From: Octopus sinensis
Taxonomy: Eukaryota
Reading direction: 5' to 3'
DNA length: 64,000 nucleotides
NCBI RefSeq assembly: GCF_006345805.1
Contig: NC_043002.1
Span: 116,126,001-116,190,000 of the forward strand
Position numbers and translations under genes: made by a program. The notes under the pieces were generated by a model. That model was not told the origin of the DNA. It saw only the letters and a program-made list of their open reading frames with translations, and did no database searches. How positions within the stretch are numbered: the stretch's first letter is position 1; each line of letters opens with the position of its first letter. Positions 52,327-64,000 of the stretch are shown piece by piece.

Positions 52327-52998
52327 TATGTGTGTGTGTGTTTGTGTCTGTCCCCTACCACTACTTGACAACCACAGTTGGTATGCTTATGTCCCTGTAA
52401 CTTAGTGGTTCGGCAAAAGACACCAATAGAATAAGTACCATGCTTAAAAAAAAAAAGTACTGGTATTGATTCATTCAACTAAAAATTTTTCAAGGCATTG
52501 CCCCAGCATGGCCGCAGTCTTAATGGTTGAAAAATGTAAAAACAAAATAAAACAAAGCAAAAAGATTAAAAATAATTGAAGCTCATTTCGGTCTGAGGAG
52601 TTACTCCCTTAAGTTTATGTTTTGTATTTATTGAAGTCTGAATTTCATTTAAGCAGATGTGAGTCGGGTGCAAAGCATTGACAAATGTTAAGAAATGTGA
52701 AATGCATCTGTTGTTCTTGTGAGTCACTGCAGCAACACCATTTTGTTCCAATGTATATTCTGTTTATAACACAGCATGCTTATGGAGATTTTATCTCTGA
52801 CAATTCCATAGCTTCATGCCATCTTACAGTGTGTATACATTTAATATACACATGGTGATTTTAATTTAGTGGTGTATTAATTAGCCATCAAGTTTATATG
52901 TTTGTTTTCTTTCAAAAATAATTTTTATACCAAAGTGTGTATGTGTGAAATTAAATATTGTCCACATAGCATATATATGTGCACATGCTCATGTATGA

Positions 52999-53030
<32 letters not shown>

Positions 53031-54549
53031 ATATATTTACACACATGCACACAGAGTTCCAGGTTTAGTCTCACTGTGTGACATCTAGGGCAAGTGTCTT
53101 CTACTGTAGCATCAAGCGGACAAAAGCATTGTGAGTGGATTTGGTAGACAGAAACTGTAGGATGGCGAGCTGGCAGAAACGTTAGCACGCCGGGTGAAAT
53201 GCTTAGCGGTATTTCGTTTGCAGTTATGTTCTGAGTTAAAATTCCGCCAAGGTTGACTTTGGCTTTCATCCTTTCGGGGTCGATTAAATAAGTACCAGTT
53301 ATGCACTGGGGTCGATATAATTGACTTAATCCATTTGTCTGTCCTTGTTTGTCCTGTGTTTAGCCCCTTGTGGGTAGCAAAGAAATAGGTATTTCATCTG
53401 CTGTTACGTTCTGAGTTCAACTTGGTTGACTTTGGCTTTCATCCTTTCGGGGTCGATAAATTAAGTACCAGTTACGCACTGGGGTCAACATTATTGACTT
53501 AATCCGTTTGTCTGTCCTTGTTTGTCCCCTCTATGTTTAGCTCCTTGTGAGCCATAAAGAAATAAGAAACTGAAACAACCCTGTTGCATATGTGTGTGTC
53601 TGTGTGTCCTACCACTGCTTGACAACTGGTGTTGGCATGTTTATGTCCTTCTAATTTGGATGTTCGGCAAAAGAGACCGATAGTAGTCTACAGCTTTACA
53701 AAATATAATGGATCTTTTCTGTTTGGCTACCAAGTAGTGTCAATTAGTTCAACAAAAATTCTTCAGGGCGATGCCCAGGATGGCCGCAGTCAGATGACTA
53801 AATTAAGTAAGAGATAAAGATATGGTGATTGATCAGATGAAGATTCAGTCATATTGTTTTTGATTGTGTGTGTCTTCATATGTGTGTGTTTGAACTTCTA
53901 TAGTTCGAAATCAACACATGGTCTTTTATTTTCGACATGCTTTTTCTCTCTTGTATAAAAACTGAAATTAAATGAAAATATCTTGCAAAATTTATACAAA
54001 TTTGCAGTTTCATTTTGATAATTGCAAATCTCTCCCTATAATTCACAAATAACAGCTTGGTTTCTTTCTCTAACACTTTGCATAATTCAGCATTTTTCCA
54101 GCTGCTAAAACATGTTCTCTCCAAGGGTGCTATGGCAAACCTAAGCAACTGAATGTGTGAAAAACAAGAACCACTGTCCTGATAGTTTTTGAATGATGTA
54201 CCGTGTCACTTAGACATTACTCCCAGAACAGTAAAGAAAGAAACAAGTACATCTTGTGTATACTCAACAGGAATAGTAACAACATCTTAAGTGGAGGACC
54301 TGCTATGAAACTAATGAAACTAATAAGTTCCAAGGTTTTTAATTGTTGAGGGTCCTTAAAGCAAATTATATTGAATTAATATTTCTGTACTCTAAAATTT
54401 AGTGGAGTTAATAAAAATTTTAATCAAATTTTGGTTTTATTCATATATTTTTTTTCATAAAAGACAAAAACAAAGATAGATAAACAAGCAAATAACTTGG
54501 ACCCCAAAAAACAAAACTAATGAAAGTCAATAAAAACAAGAACAGCAGT

Positions 54550-54550
<1 letters not shown>

Positions 54551-54646
<96 letters not shown>
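54551..54646. repeat. (ATC)n microsatellite, about 32 units
   Basis: Direct reading. Confidence 0.95.
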
Positions 54647-55569
54647 ATAACAATAAAGACAAAACCCAGTGAAGTGCTAGAAAACACTGCAAATAAATTA
54701 ATCTCTCCCTGTCTGTTGGTCTGTCTGCCTGCCTGTCTGCTTCTGCCTGTGTGTGTGTGTGTGTGTCCGTCCCTCTGTCTGCATATATATATGCGCACAC
54801 GTGTGTGATGTTGCTGTTGTTATCCTGGTTGTTATTGTTTTCCATCAGTAATCTTGTCTTCGTCCCCATTCAGATTCCCTTGGGACTTTCTTTTTTTTTT
54901 ACAGCCAACGAACATATGAACTAATTCCAACTGATCAGTGCTCTAATCAGTACCATCAGCATCGCTATCCCTTCCCTCCATATCCTCCTTCTCCTTATCA
55001 TCCTTATCATCATCATCATCATCATTGTCACGTTGTTATTGTGAGCTGGCAAAATGCTTAGCTGCCTTTCGTCAGTCTTTACATTCTGTGTTAAAGTTCC
55101 AGGCCTTGTATTTATAGTAGAACGGATATGGTGCAGGCGTGGCTGTGTGGCTACAAGTTTGCTTCTCAACCACATGGTTTCGGGTTCAGTCTTGTTGCAT
55201 CACACCTTGGGTAAGTGTCTTCTATTATAGCCCCCTGGACCAACTAAAGTCTTGCAAGTGGATTTGCTTGGCAGAAACTGAAAGAAGCACATTGTAATAT
55301 ACATACATACACATATATATATATAATTTATATATATATATATATATATATAGCATAATTAAATCTCAGAATGAGATTGAAACAGTAATCGCGTGATAAT
55401 GTAAAGTATAGAAGCCATCTTATCATGGCTAACCACATCGGGGAGGGGGTGTTACTGTAGCTTTATAGCCCCAAGAGATCTTCGTCTCTCGCTGGCTTTA
55501 GACACAATATCAGTGTCCTTGGAGTATTTGCAAAGGGAGGCCATCCCTTCCTCGCAAGCTTGAGTGATA

Positions 55570-55612
55570 CGCTCGAACTAGTTTCGGGATTGTTGTCCCT
55601 CGTCAACGGGCG
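55570..55612 (-). ncRNA. Hammerhead-like copy in the inverted arm
   Basis: Reverse complement of the 55817 motif, with stem I CGCCCG/CGAGCG. Confidence 0.65.
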
Positions 55613-55816
55613 GTAACCACCAGGTCGCGATGAAAGTGGTTAGCCATGATAAGACGGCTTCTATACTTTACATTATCGAGCGATTACTGTTTCAATCTCA
55701 TTCTGAGATTTAATTATGCTTACTGTTCGTTTTTCGACATCAGTGGCAGACGCCATTAGAAAAACTTATATATATTTGCAAAGAGGCCTTCACTTTCATC
55801 GCGAACTGGTGGTTAC

Positions 55817-55859
55817 CGCCCGTTGACGAGGGACAACAATCCCGAAACTAGTTCGAGCA
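55817..55859 (+). ncRNA. Minimal hammerhead-like motif (U3/G8, GUU triplet)
   Basis: CGCCCG-TTGACGA-GGGA(CAACAA)TCCC-GAAA-CTAG-TT-CGAGCA; ACTAGT palindromic stem III. Confidence 0.65.
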
Positions 55860-56264
55860 TATCACTCAGGCTTGCGAGGAAGGGATGGCCTCCCTTTGCA
55901 AATACTCCAAGGACACTGATATTGTGTCTAAAGCCAGCTAGAGACGAAGATCTCTTGGGTCTAGAAAGCTACAGTAACACCCCCTCCCCAATGTGGTTAG
56001 CCATGATAAGATGGCTTCTATACTTTATATATATATAGTTTACCATTAAGTGGAAGATAAATATCACTTAATATACACAGTACAGTAGAGGCTGTGTGAT
56101 AGTTAGTTAGATAGTTAGATAAGAAGCTTGCTTCCCAACCACATGGTTCCAGGTTCAGTCTCACTGTGTGGCACCTTGGGCAAGTGTCTTCTACTATAGC
56201 CTCCGGCTGACCAAAGCCTTGTGAGTGGATTTGGTAGATGGAAACTGAAAGAAGCTTGTGTGTG

Positions 56265-56308
<44 letters not shown>

Positions 56309-56312
56309 CAGA

Positions 56313-57202
56313 CTAGCTGATGTACCTGGTATTTCCTGGGAAAGTGGGGCTTATCCCTTGGTTCCGTTTTCATAATTGTTTCGCTAATCCAATAGCAACA
56401 GTACAAAGTATGCAGCCCTTAAAACGGTTTTTGTGCATTTACAGAGAATATTGAACTGTCTTACACAGATCTTGTTTTTAGGAATTCCCGATAAGTTATG
56501 AATACCCAAATTGTGAAGTCAGTTATGTAATAACATGAAATTAGTTACCTGAGAGTAAGAATTCAATTAAAGTAGCCCCGAAAAGGGTTTTAATGCATTC
56601 CCAGAGTATATAGAACACAGGGGGAAATACTAATAAGGTATGTATACTAAAATCGTGAAGTATGTTACGTAATGACAGGCTAATCAGATATGAGAGAATA
56701 ATTCTGAAAGGGCTTTTGTGTGTTCCCAGAGGATATTACCCTCTGGGGCGCTAGTGTTGGTATATTCGTGAATAAGTCACTAACCGAAATAAGTGGATCT
56801 ATTGTTTAGGAAAATACTATTTACTTTTTCATGGGTTGTACTGGATAAATTGCGAAAATAACTCTAACAGTTCAAATACTAAGAAATAACCATACTCAAT
56901 TTCCTTTTTACCAAATAATTTAGGAAAACGAACTGGTTATTTCCCTTGGCTATATATGAGGCTCCCTTTCAAGGGCGAATGGGTTATTTCCCTTGGCTTA
57001 AAAAATATATTAGTTATATATAAGGATCCCTTCCAGGAGCCCTATTATCGATTTTTTTCAACAATCTGAGTATGCCATGAGGTTTCCAGACATGAGTTCT
57101 CACGTGTCAAGTTTCATTAAAATCGATAAAACTATGTAGGAGGAGTTAGCTAACAATTTCACAAACATACCCACAGACAGAATTTCCCACATATGTAGTA
57201 GA
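56313..57202 (-). mobile_element. Probable non-autonomous Helitron
   Basis: Minus strand starts A|TC and ends in a CCCAGG...CCAGGTAC hairpin-like motif plus CTAG|T; no TIR or TSD seen. Confidence 0.6.
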
Positions 57203-57206
57203 TATA

Positions 57207-58428
57207 CAGGGGTTGGACAAGATAATGGAAACACCTTACAATTTCAAACAATTTTATTTTAATATGGGGTAAGACTGCCTTTGGCAGTAATTACAGCTTG
57301 AATTCTATAAGGTACGAACTCGTACAAAGTTTGAATTTTTTCCAAAGGAATTTTTGTCCATTCTTCAGCTAAAACTGTTTCTAGTTCTTGTAGTGAAGAT
57401 ATTGACTCCTTACTTGTTTTTCTAAACTGCGTCATAAATGTCCAATAATATTGAGATCTGGGAACTGTAATGGCCAGATAAGATGTTCCACTTCACTAGA
57501 ATATTCCTTGTGCCATTCAGTAACAACTTTAGCTGTGTGAATTGGTGCATTATCATCCTGAAAGATTGCGATTCCCTCCGGAAACAGTTCTGCAACCATA
57601 GGATGAATTTGATCAGATAAAATGCTTAAATAGTCTTGAGGGAAACCATTGGGCCGGTGGATTTCAAAGATATAGCCCACCAGATTATCACAGATCCCCC
57701 TCCATGTTTAACAGTTGGAAGAAGGCAGTCTGGGTCAAATACTTCTTTTGGCTATCTTCACGCGTATACTCGGCCGGTGGTCGGAAGTAAGGTAAAGAAT
57801 AACTCGTCTGAGAAAATAACATTCTTCAACTGATCTAGGGACTAATTCTGTAGGTTTTTACTCCACTCTAAACGCTTTGCAACGTTTGTTTTTGAAAGTA
57901 GTGGTTTTCTGATTGCAGCCCTCCCGTAAAATCCGGCTTTGCACAGCTCTCGGCGAACAGTTTTTATGGAAACTGTGTTCTTGAGGTGGTCATTAAGCTC
58001 TGCAGTAATTTTGGGAGCTGTACTTTTGTGATCCTTTCTAACAATTCGCGTTAAAGTCCGACGGTCCCTATTTGAAAGTTTTGGTTTTCTTCCGGAGTTT
58101 TGTTTCTACGAGGAGGTTTTTCCCACTTTCTCAAAGACTCTCATTACTTTCGAGACAGTACTTCTTGATACACCAAATATTCCAGCTGTTTTGGTTACAC
58201 TACCACCTGCCATAGGAGCACCAACAGTCCGATAGATCTGTCATTTAATAAATTTTAATTACCTTTTTCTGATGATATTTGAAAATAAACAGCAATTTTA
58301 GCAAAACATTAAGCAACACTAATAATAAATCAGAAAACAAAAATAAACAAGCTTTTGTCGGTTTTATAGATATTTCAAAATTATGATTCTATGATGCTAG
58401 GTGTTTCCATTATTTTGTCCAATCCCTA
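57207..58428 (-). mobile_element. Full-length but decayed Tc1 transposon
   Basis: About 29-bp TIRs CAGGGGTTGGACAAGATAATGGAAACACC / GGTGTTTCCATTATTTTGTCCAATCCCTA; TA flanks; FQDDNAPIH and WPLQFPDLNII transposase motifs. Confidence 0.9.
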
Positions 58429-58438
58429 TATATATATA

Positions 58439-58485
<47 letters not shown>

Positions 58486-58747
58486 ATGTATGTATGTATG
58501 TATGTATGTATGTATGTATGTATGTATGTATGTGTTTGTGTGTCTGTGTTTGTCCTCCTAGCGTCGCTTGACAACCGATGCTGGTGCGTTTACGTCCCCA
58601 TAACTTAGCGGTTCGGCAAAAGAGACCGATAGACTAAGTACTAGGCTTAGAAAGAATAAGTCCTGGAGTCTATTTGCTCGACTAAAGGCGGTGCTCCAGC
58701 ACGGTCACAGTCAAATGACTGAAACAAATAAAAGAATAAAAGAATAT

Positions 58748-59330
58748 GAGCTACTTATAGTTTATTGCTGCGATGACATGTATCTAGGCAGGTATTTATA
58801 ACATGCCTAGTGTCTCCAAGCAATCTCCGGGATCTGAGCGCATTGTCTGTTCTATTCGAAGATAAGAACGCCGGTACTCAGGGAATTACGAAAAAAACAA
58901 GGTTGGTGCTAAAAGAGTGGAAGGGTGAATATAAACAGAAAAAGAAAGGAAAGAAAATTAGTGTTATGGCCTCTTTGACTGTAAAAGTCGCATTAAAATA
59001 GTTCTAGTAGAATAATTCAACGGATAGGGGTCCAAAGTCTGCGAGATACCCACTCAATTCGGAGAGGGTGATGTTCTCTAGTTCTCCAAAGGAAATTTGT
59101 TCATATATTTGCATTTGCTGAAAATTTCGGATCTGGAATTAAGCAGTGCAGTGGAATTCTTATCTCTAAAAAGAATGTGCGATCTTTCAACTCCATATAA
59201 GTTGCATTTCTTAGATTCATTTATAAGTGTAATAAAAACCTGCTTAGACACGTATCTTCACAGCAAGAAACTATTAGCAGCTCGAATCTTGACACTTCGT
59301 ACATTAAATGGTAATACACACACTGTCCCT
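58748..59330 (-). mobile_element. Decayed PLE 3' end with a degenerate hammerhead
   Basis: Minus-strand KCNLYGVERSHIL...LLNSRSEIFSKCKYMNKF (PLE C-terminus); degenerate HHR at 58748-58834. Confidence 0.6.
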
Positions 59331-60289
59331 GCAAAATGCTTGAAAATCAGTGTTGGTTCATTCGTTTAGGCCGCCGTAGCTTAGCCATTCGTCAAAAGAG
59401 AACGGTAAAAAATAAATTCTGGAGTCTATTTGTTCGACCACAACCCTTCAAGACGGTATCCCAGCATGGCCGAAGTCCAATAACTGAAGCAAGTAAAAGG
59501 AAAGATAGGAAGGTAATAGTGATTCGAAACCTAACCTCTAAATTACTCGGTCAGGCATCACGAGTGAGTGACCACATTGACTGACTATAAATCGACCAAT
59601 CACCTTGAAGCTGTAGCGTGATATGGTTTCTCTGATATTCTAGAATTTACCCCCTTTTCACTTTTAAAAATTGTTTGGTGCTTAACTCATCGTAGAGTGT
59701 TGAGAGCGACCGAAAAATTCACACGCCATACAGACGATCTCCAGCATTCGAGCAGACAGCTTGGAAATTTGCTCTGACGATTTCGGGTTCTCGGACAGAC
59801 CGATTCTGAATATTCACACGATATCCCATAAGCAGCTTCTATGGACACGGTGCGATTTTTCTCTCCTGTATTATAAACATCTTTCATAGTAAATAGCCAA
59901 CATCAATATCGTGTCTGGCAATAAATATTAAAGTTAAAAGTTCGGGAGTTCAGTTCAGTTATTATTCATGTAGCCAACCACATTCCAGACGTGCACCACA
60001 ATAGGGTAAGAAAGCCGTCCATTGCGACAACCGTGACTCAGATGTTTAAAATATATCTTCATTAACCAGCTCGACATGAGCAACCCAATCAACCCCTCGA
60101 CCAGATAATTATTTTACGTATTCTAAGTACTTGGGCTTTTGTTTCTGTTTTTTGTTTTGATTCACATATTTGTAGTGGTAGCTTTGGCTAAAACATATAT
60201 TTACATACATACTGACATTCTAGTTTCTTCCATTTACACGAAAGTCAAAGAAATTTTTCATACTTTACAAAATTGCCATACATTTGTAG

Positions 60290-61800
60290 CGGCACAAATA
60301 GTCAGCGCCATATTGGATGAGATCTCGCGGCAGCCATTGCCATTTCCGAGACTGGAGCGAGACCTCACCTGCATCCATTTGCCATGCGCGAGATCACAAC
60401 GAGGCTCGCTATTGAAAATTCTATATAAAGGGAAAACCTGACTCAAATCTCTTTCTTTTTGTCGCCACCATTCAGCAGCGCTGGCTGAACACCACCACTG
60501 GCTGGATTTTTCTATATGTTGTATCTCCAGAGGCAATACGCCCGCACTAACGGAGCTACTGCACGACGCACACAGCTAAAGATGGTAGCTGAGAGCAGCA
60601 CACTACACCTATCCTGTGATTCCTTTAAATAAAACCAGTTGTAAATAGCATTTGTACTTGAAGTTACCTCTCTTCGCCTGCCGGAAGGCTGAACTACACA
60701 AAAAACAAAAAGATGATGGAGAGGACGATATCCTTCCGATATCGTAAACCTTGCCTTCCATTATACATCTTTTTTCAGCTGAGATTGAAGACTATCCGAA
60801 AATTATCGAATAGTCTTTGTTTTCTCTAAGCCTGATTTTCCAAAATGAATAATAATTCTTAATTCTTTAATTGCTTTTTCTTAAAAGTATTTTTATTTTA
60901 TTTTGCTTGAGCCAAAAATTTATTGTATTTAATTAAAATTATAATACATAAATCTTATAAGGTCTGCCAAGTTTTAATTATTAAAAACAATATTATAAAT
61001 ACCAATGTTCTTAAACACAAGAAACTGTTGAAAAAATAATGATGGCTTTCGTGTTCTAAAACCTTCGTGTTCTAAATGTGAATTAGAAAGCTAACAAGGT
61101 TTTAGTGTTATGACGCTCATAACACCAATAACTGGCGTTAAATATTATAAAACATTTTTGAATGTTTGAATTCATTTATGTAAGCCTTTCAGATGAATAC
61201 GCTTAGTACGAGCCCTTGGTTTTCTCAGTTACCACTGTATGGAGTTGGATTATGGCAGAAGCGTGTAGGGAATACGACCGTACGTAAGGAGTTTGTGACA
61301 AATGTCGCCTTTAAACGCCGCACGGTCGCCCCTAACAAAATACGAAGCCAAATACATGATATAAAATACAGTGCCAAAGGTATTGTAGTGATCCTATACA
61401 ACAGCGCGCGCGCAACGCCCTCTCGCGAATACACGAAGTCCGAAAGAGGGAATTTTGCTGACGTGGCCTTAGCTGACGTGGCCTTAGCAAGGGAGCGCGA
61501 GCCTTAACAAAGAGGCAAGGGAGCGTAAAGCGTTGACCATTAGCGTCCGATAGACAGCGGCAGGCATTTCACCAAAGCAGACGTTTAATTCGCTCTCTCT
61601 CCGGTTTTGATAGCAGCAGTCTTTTGGCCGAAGACTTTTAACCTGAATTGTTGCAGACATCATCTTCTTCCTCCGGACGCCATTTTGACCCGTTCTGTTT
61701 TTAGCGGCTGAACATTGTAAATATTACAATCGATTAACTTTCAGCCTTGCGCGCCCAGAACCAAGGACATCAGATATACCACTGATTTCTCACCGGTATA
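60290..61800. promoter_or_regulatory. CpG-rich putative promoter / first-exon region of a gene not otherwise visible
   Basis: Visibly higher CpG content; TATATAAA at 60422 with a pyrimidine TCT-like tract 27-29 nt downstream; TCTCGCG motifs; tandem TGACGT; CGCCATTTT YY1-like site at about 61678. Confidence 0.4.
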
Positions 61801-63689
61801 AAACAATAAAGTATATCTATTTTTTACGTCTGCGTTTTGTGTTTCTTTGACTGGTAGAGTCTAGATATAAAAGCAACGGAAAGTGATTGCACCAACTTGC
61901 ACCCCAAAAGTGCAAGAGGAGATATTCACATATTCCTTACAGAATAAATGAAGGACGACAACCGTTCTACTGTTTTGAGAGAGAAGAAGACTTTATTTAC
62001 AATGGGTACAAAGAGAGAGAGAGTATGTGAGTGCTAGCAAGGTGTAGTGTTTGAATGCGTGCGCATAGGTGTTTGTCTGTGTTTGTGTGTGCGACAGAAG
62101 GTGAATGCGTATACAACAGAATACAGAGCATAAGATAAGTCTCTCAGCATATTGAGTTAAGATAGAATTTGTTTACCAGTTCGTAAGTGCGGTACACGAT
62201 AGCAAGTTCTATAACAAGATGTTGGGGTCACGAGGCAGAATGTCGGTTGGGCACATGTCGTGCAGCGGTTTGTAGCTGCAGTGTCGTGCCGAGTCTCTTG
62301 ATACAGAAAGTTCTTTCAGGTAGACTGTAACTGTTTTACCACGGTGAATATTCACAAACAGCGTGGAATTTAAACCTGGACGAAGTTGATGTGTACATAT
62401 TGCTGAAGTCGACGGAGATGGAGACGACGCAGAGTTGAAGGACGACGATGGTGATGGCGGCAGCAGCGGGAGACGACGTCGAGATGAAGGCGACGGAGAT
62501 GGAGAACGTCCTGTCTGCCGCTGGTTTATAATAGCGTCTTCATGGCTGAAGCAGGAGCATGGCTGACTGGTCGTCTGTCGCTGGAACTGGAACATGGTTG
62601 AGTAGCTCTGTGGTCAGTGACTAGACCTTAGAAGGTCTAGAGCCCAAGACCTGGAAGGCTGTTGATCTCACCCTTTTAAAGCCTGGCGTAGGCTCAAATG
62701 AAGCAGACCTTATTCGAAGGCCGTGATTGGTTGGCTTACACACTGGCGCGAAATAAGTCGAGAGAGACAAACTGCGCCAATGTCAACCAATCAGAGCAGT
62801 GGACATAACAGGGTCAAACTAGCCAAAGATGGTTGCAATCTCACACGAGATTATTCCTAATGTGTCTTTCAAACAGTGAGGATATCAGTTACGCCACAAG
62901 CATTTATGCGCTGGACAAACTGCTTAGTGACATTTCTGCTGGCGTTTTACGTACACAGTTCAAATTCCGCTGAGGTCAATTTTGCTTTCCATCTTTTCAA
63001 GGTCGATAAAGTAACTTACCATTTATGAACCGGGGTCGATATAATCGACTAGCTAAGTCTTTCACTTAAAATTGTTTTAATGAATACTAATAATCTTCAG
63101 TTAAGTTGCAGACACGAATTCTTTCAGCGAACGAAGTGTCTTGTGTAAGAAATGAAACAAATTTCTTAATTTCTTATTTGAACGGGCGAAACAAATTAAT
63201 TTTTGTAAACAAATTTTCGTAATACAACTTTGCAGGAATATCGGAAGAAGTGCTTCTTTTAAAGCTTTTATTCCGGCGAGGAAAATTTCTGTTTTGTAGG
63301 TTTGAATCTGATCCTTGGCTTGAGACTTAGATAAAAGTATTTTGTACATGTTTCAGTATTGTTCCCACTAAAATCAAGCTCTGTTCTGTGGCTAAGAAAA
63401 AATTTCTATTTTTAAGATCAAAGACAAATAACACGGAAGTACATAAGTGGATAGCAAAAACGATTTGATGAAATTTCTGATTATCCAAAGCTATTGAACT
63501 GTTTTACAATGTAAAGTTTGTCAACATATACAACATAACAACCAAGCACCAGTGAAGCCAGTGATAATGTAACAACAGTTCATACCACTGCTGACATTTT
63601 TGATCGAGACGATGAGAACTTAGATTTGTTTCGCCTAAAGATTGGCCCAGGCTTTGTCTAATTTAATGGCACCACCTGAAAAGATCTGG

Positions 63690-64000
63690 TAAATACTTTA
63701 AAGTCAAGTTTTGAGGTATCTTGGCCCATTCAAGTCCGAAGTTATTGCTGACTGAGATGTATTCAGTTATATTTGGTATCCGTTGAAGAAATTTGTCCAG
63801 GTATCGTTTGAAGGTGATGGCTCTTTTTCTTCTTTGATTTATTTTGGGATAATGTTAAATAGAACAGGGCCTGTTAGAACAAGAAAAGAAATTGTGTTGC
63901 AGTGAACTTATGTACTGTGAGCCTAAATTTTGTAGGGGCGCATTGTACATAGATCCAGCCTTAAATGAATTCTGAATTTGCTATTAGGTGGTATATTCTC
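63690..64000 (-). mobile_element. 3' end of a CR1/L2-group LINE remnant
   Basis: Minus-strand GPVLFNIIPK...KRYLDKFLQRIP peptide pattern. Confidence 0.55.

Larger units (their letters stand above)
55353..56027 (+). mobile_element. Second non-coding PLE/retrozyme-like element: inverted arm plus about 1.1 copies of a 357-bp unit
   Basis: 55353-55436 is inverted to 55636-55719; about 55405-55638 is inverted to 55791-56027; GTGGTTAGCC at 55636 and 55993; (TA)n flanks. Confidence 0.72.

Noticed and set aside
15033-56406. Many 60-170 aa ORFs rich in HT, YI, CV, II or DD runs
   Set aside because: Translations of (CA)n, (TA)n, (ATT)n and (ATC)n microsatellites and SINE bodies
59780-59815. Minus-strand CCCGAAATCGTC hammerhead-like end
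   Set aside because: The upstream core reads CTGTCCGA, not CTGANGA, and the stems are unconvincing
60139-61507. ORFs 60139-60441, 60258-60536, 61193-61507 and 61225-61434 as genes
   Set aside because: No recognisable domain; overlapping ORFs on both strands are expected in locally GC-richer DNA
62209-62595. 128-aa Ser/Pro-rich ORF
   Set aside because: Low complexity, no motif, and inside a probable repeat

Overview
AT-rich, repeat-dense eukaryotic DNA. The microsatellite and SINE content looks like an octopus/coleoid genome; this is inferred from repeat style, not searched. One protein-coding gene is supported: a PTGR3/ZADH2-like NADPH-dependent medium-chain reductase on +. Ten GT-AG exons (1878-48462) join in frame to 264 aa plus stop, and the N-terminal exons lie upstream of the window. 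Introns and the downstream region hold a 155-unit 24-bp two-state minisatellite, a young Penelope-like element (PLE) with a 908-bp inverted arm, and further PLE fragments. They also hold HERO-like and Tx1-like LINE remnants, Tc1/mariner copies, piggyBac-type MITEs, a probable Helitron and many SINEs. A CpG-rich putative promoter region sits near 60.3-61.8 kb. The main discovery is a set of hammerhead ribozyme (HHR) motifs found by eye at seven loci with unrelated flanking sequence. Four have near-complete folds, one has an intact core with a broken stem I, and two are decayed. Two lie in small non-coding elements (495-bp and 357-bp units) that share the PLE architecture of a 5' inverted arm and (TA)n flanks, making them candidate cephalopod retrozyme-like elements. 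All calls are manual; no alignment, folding or database search was run.
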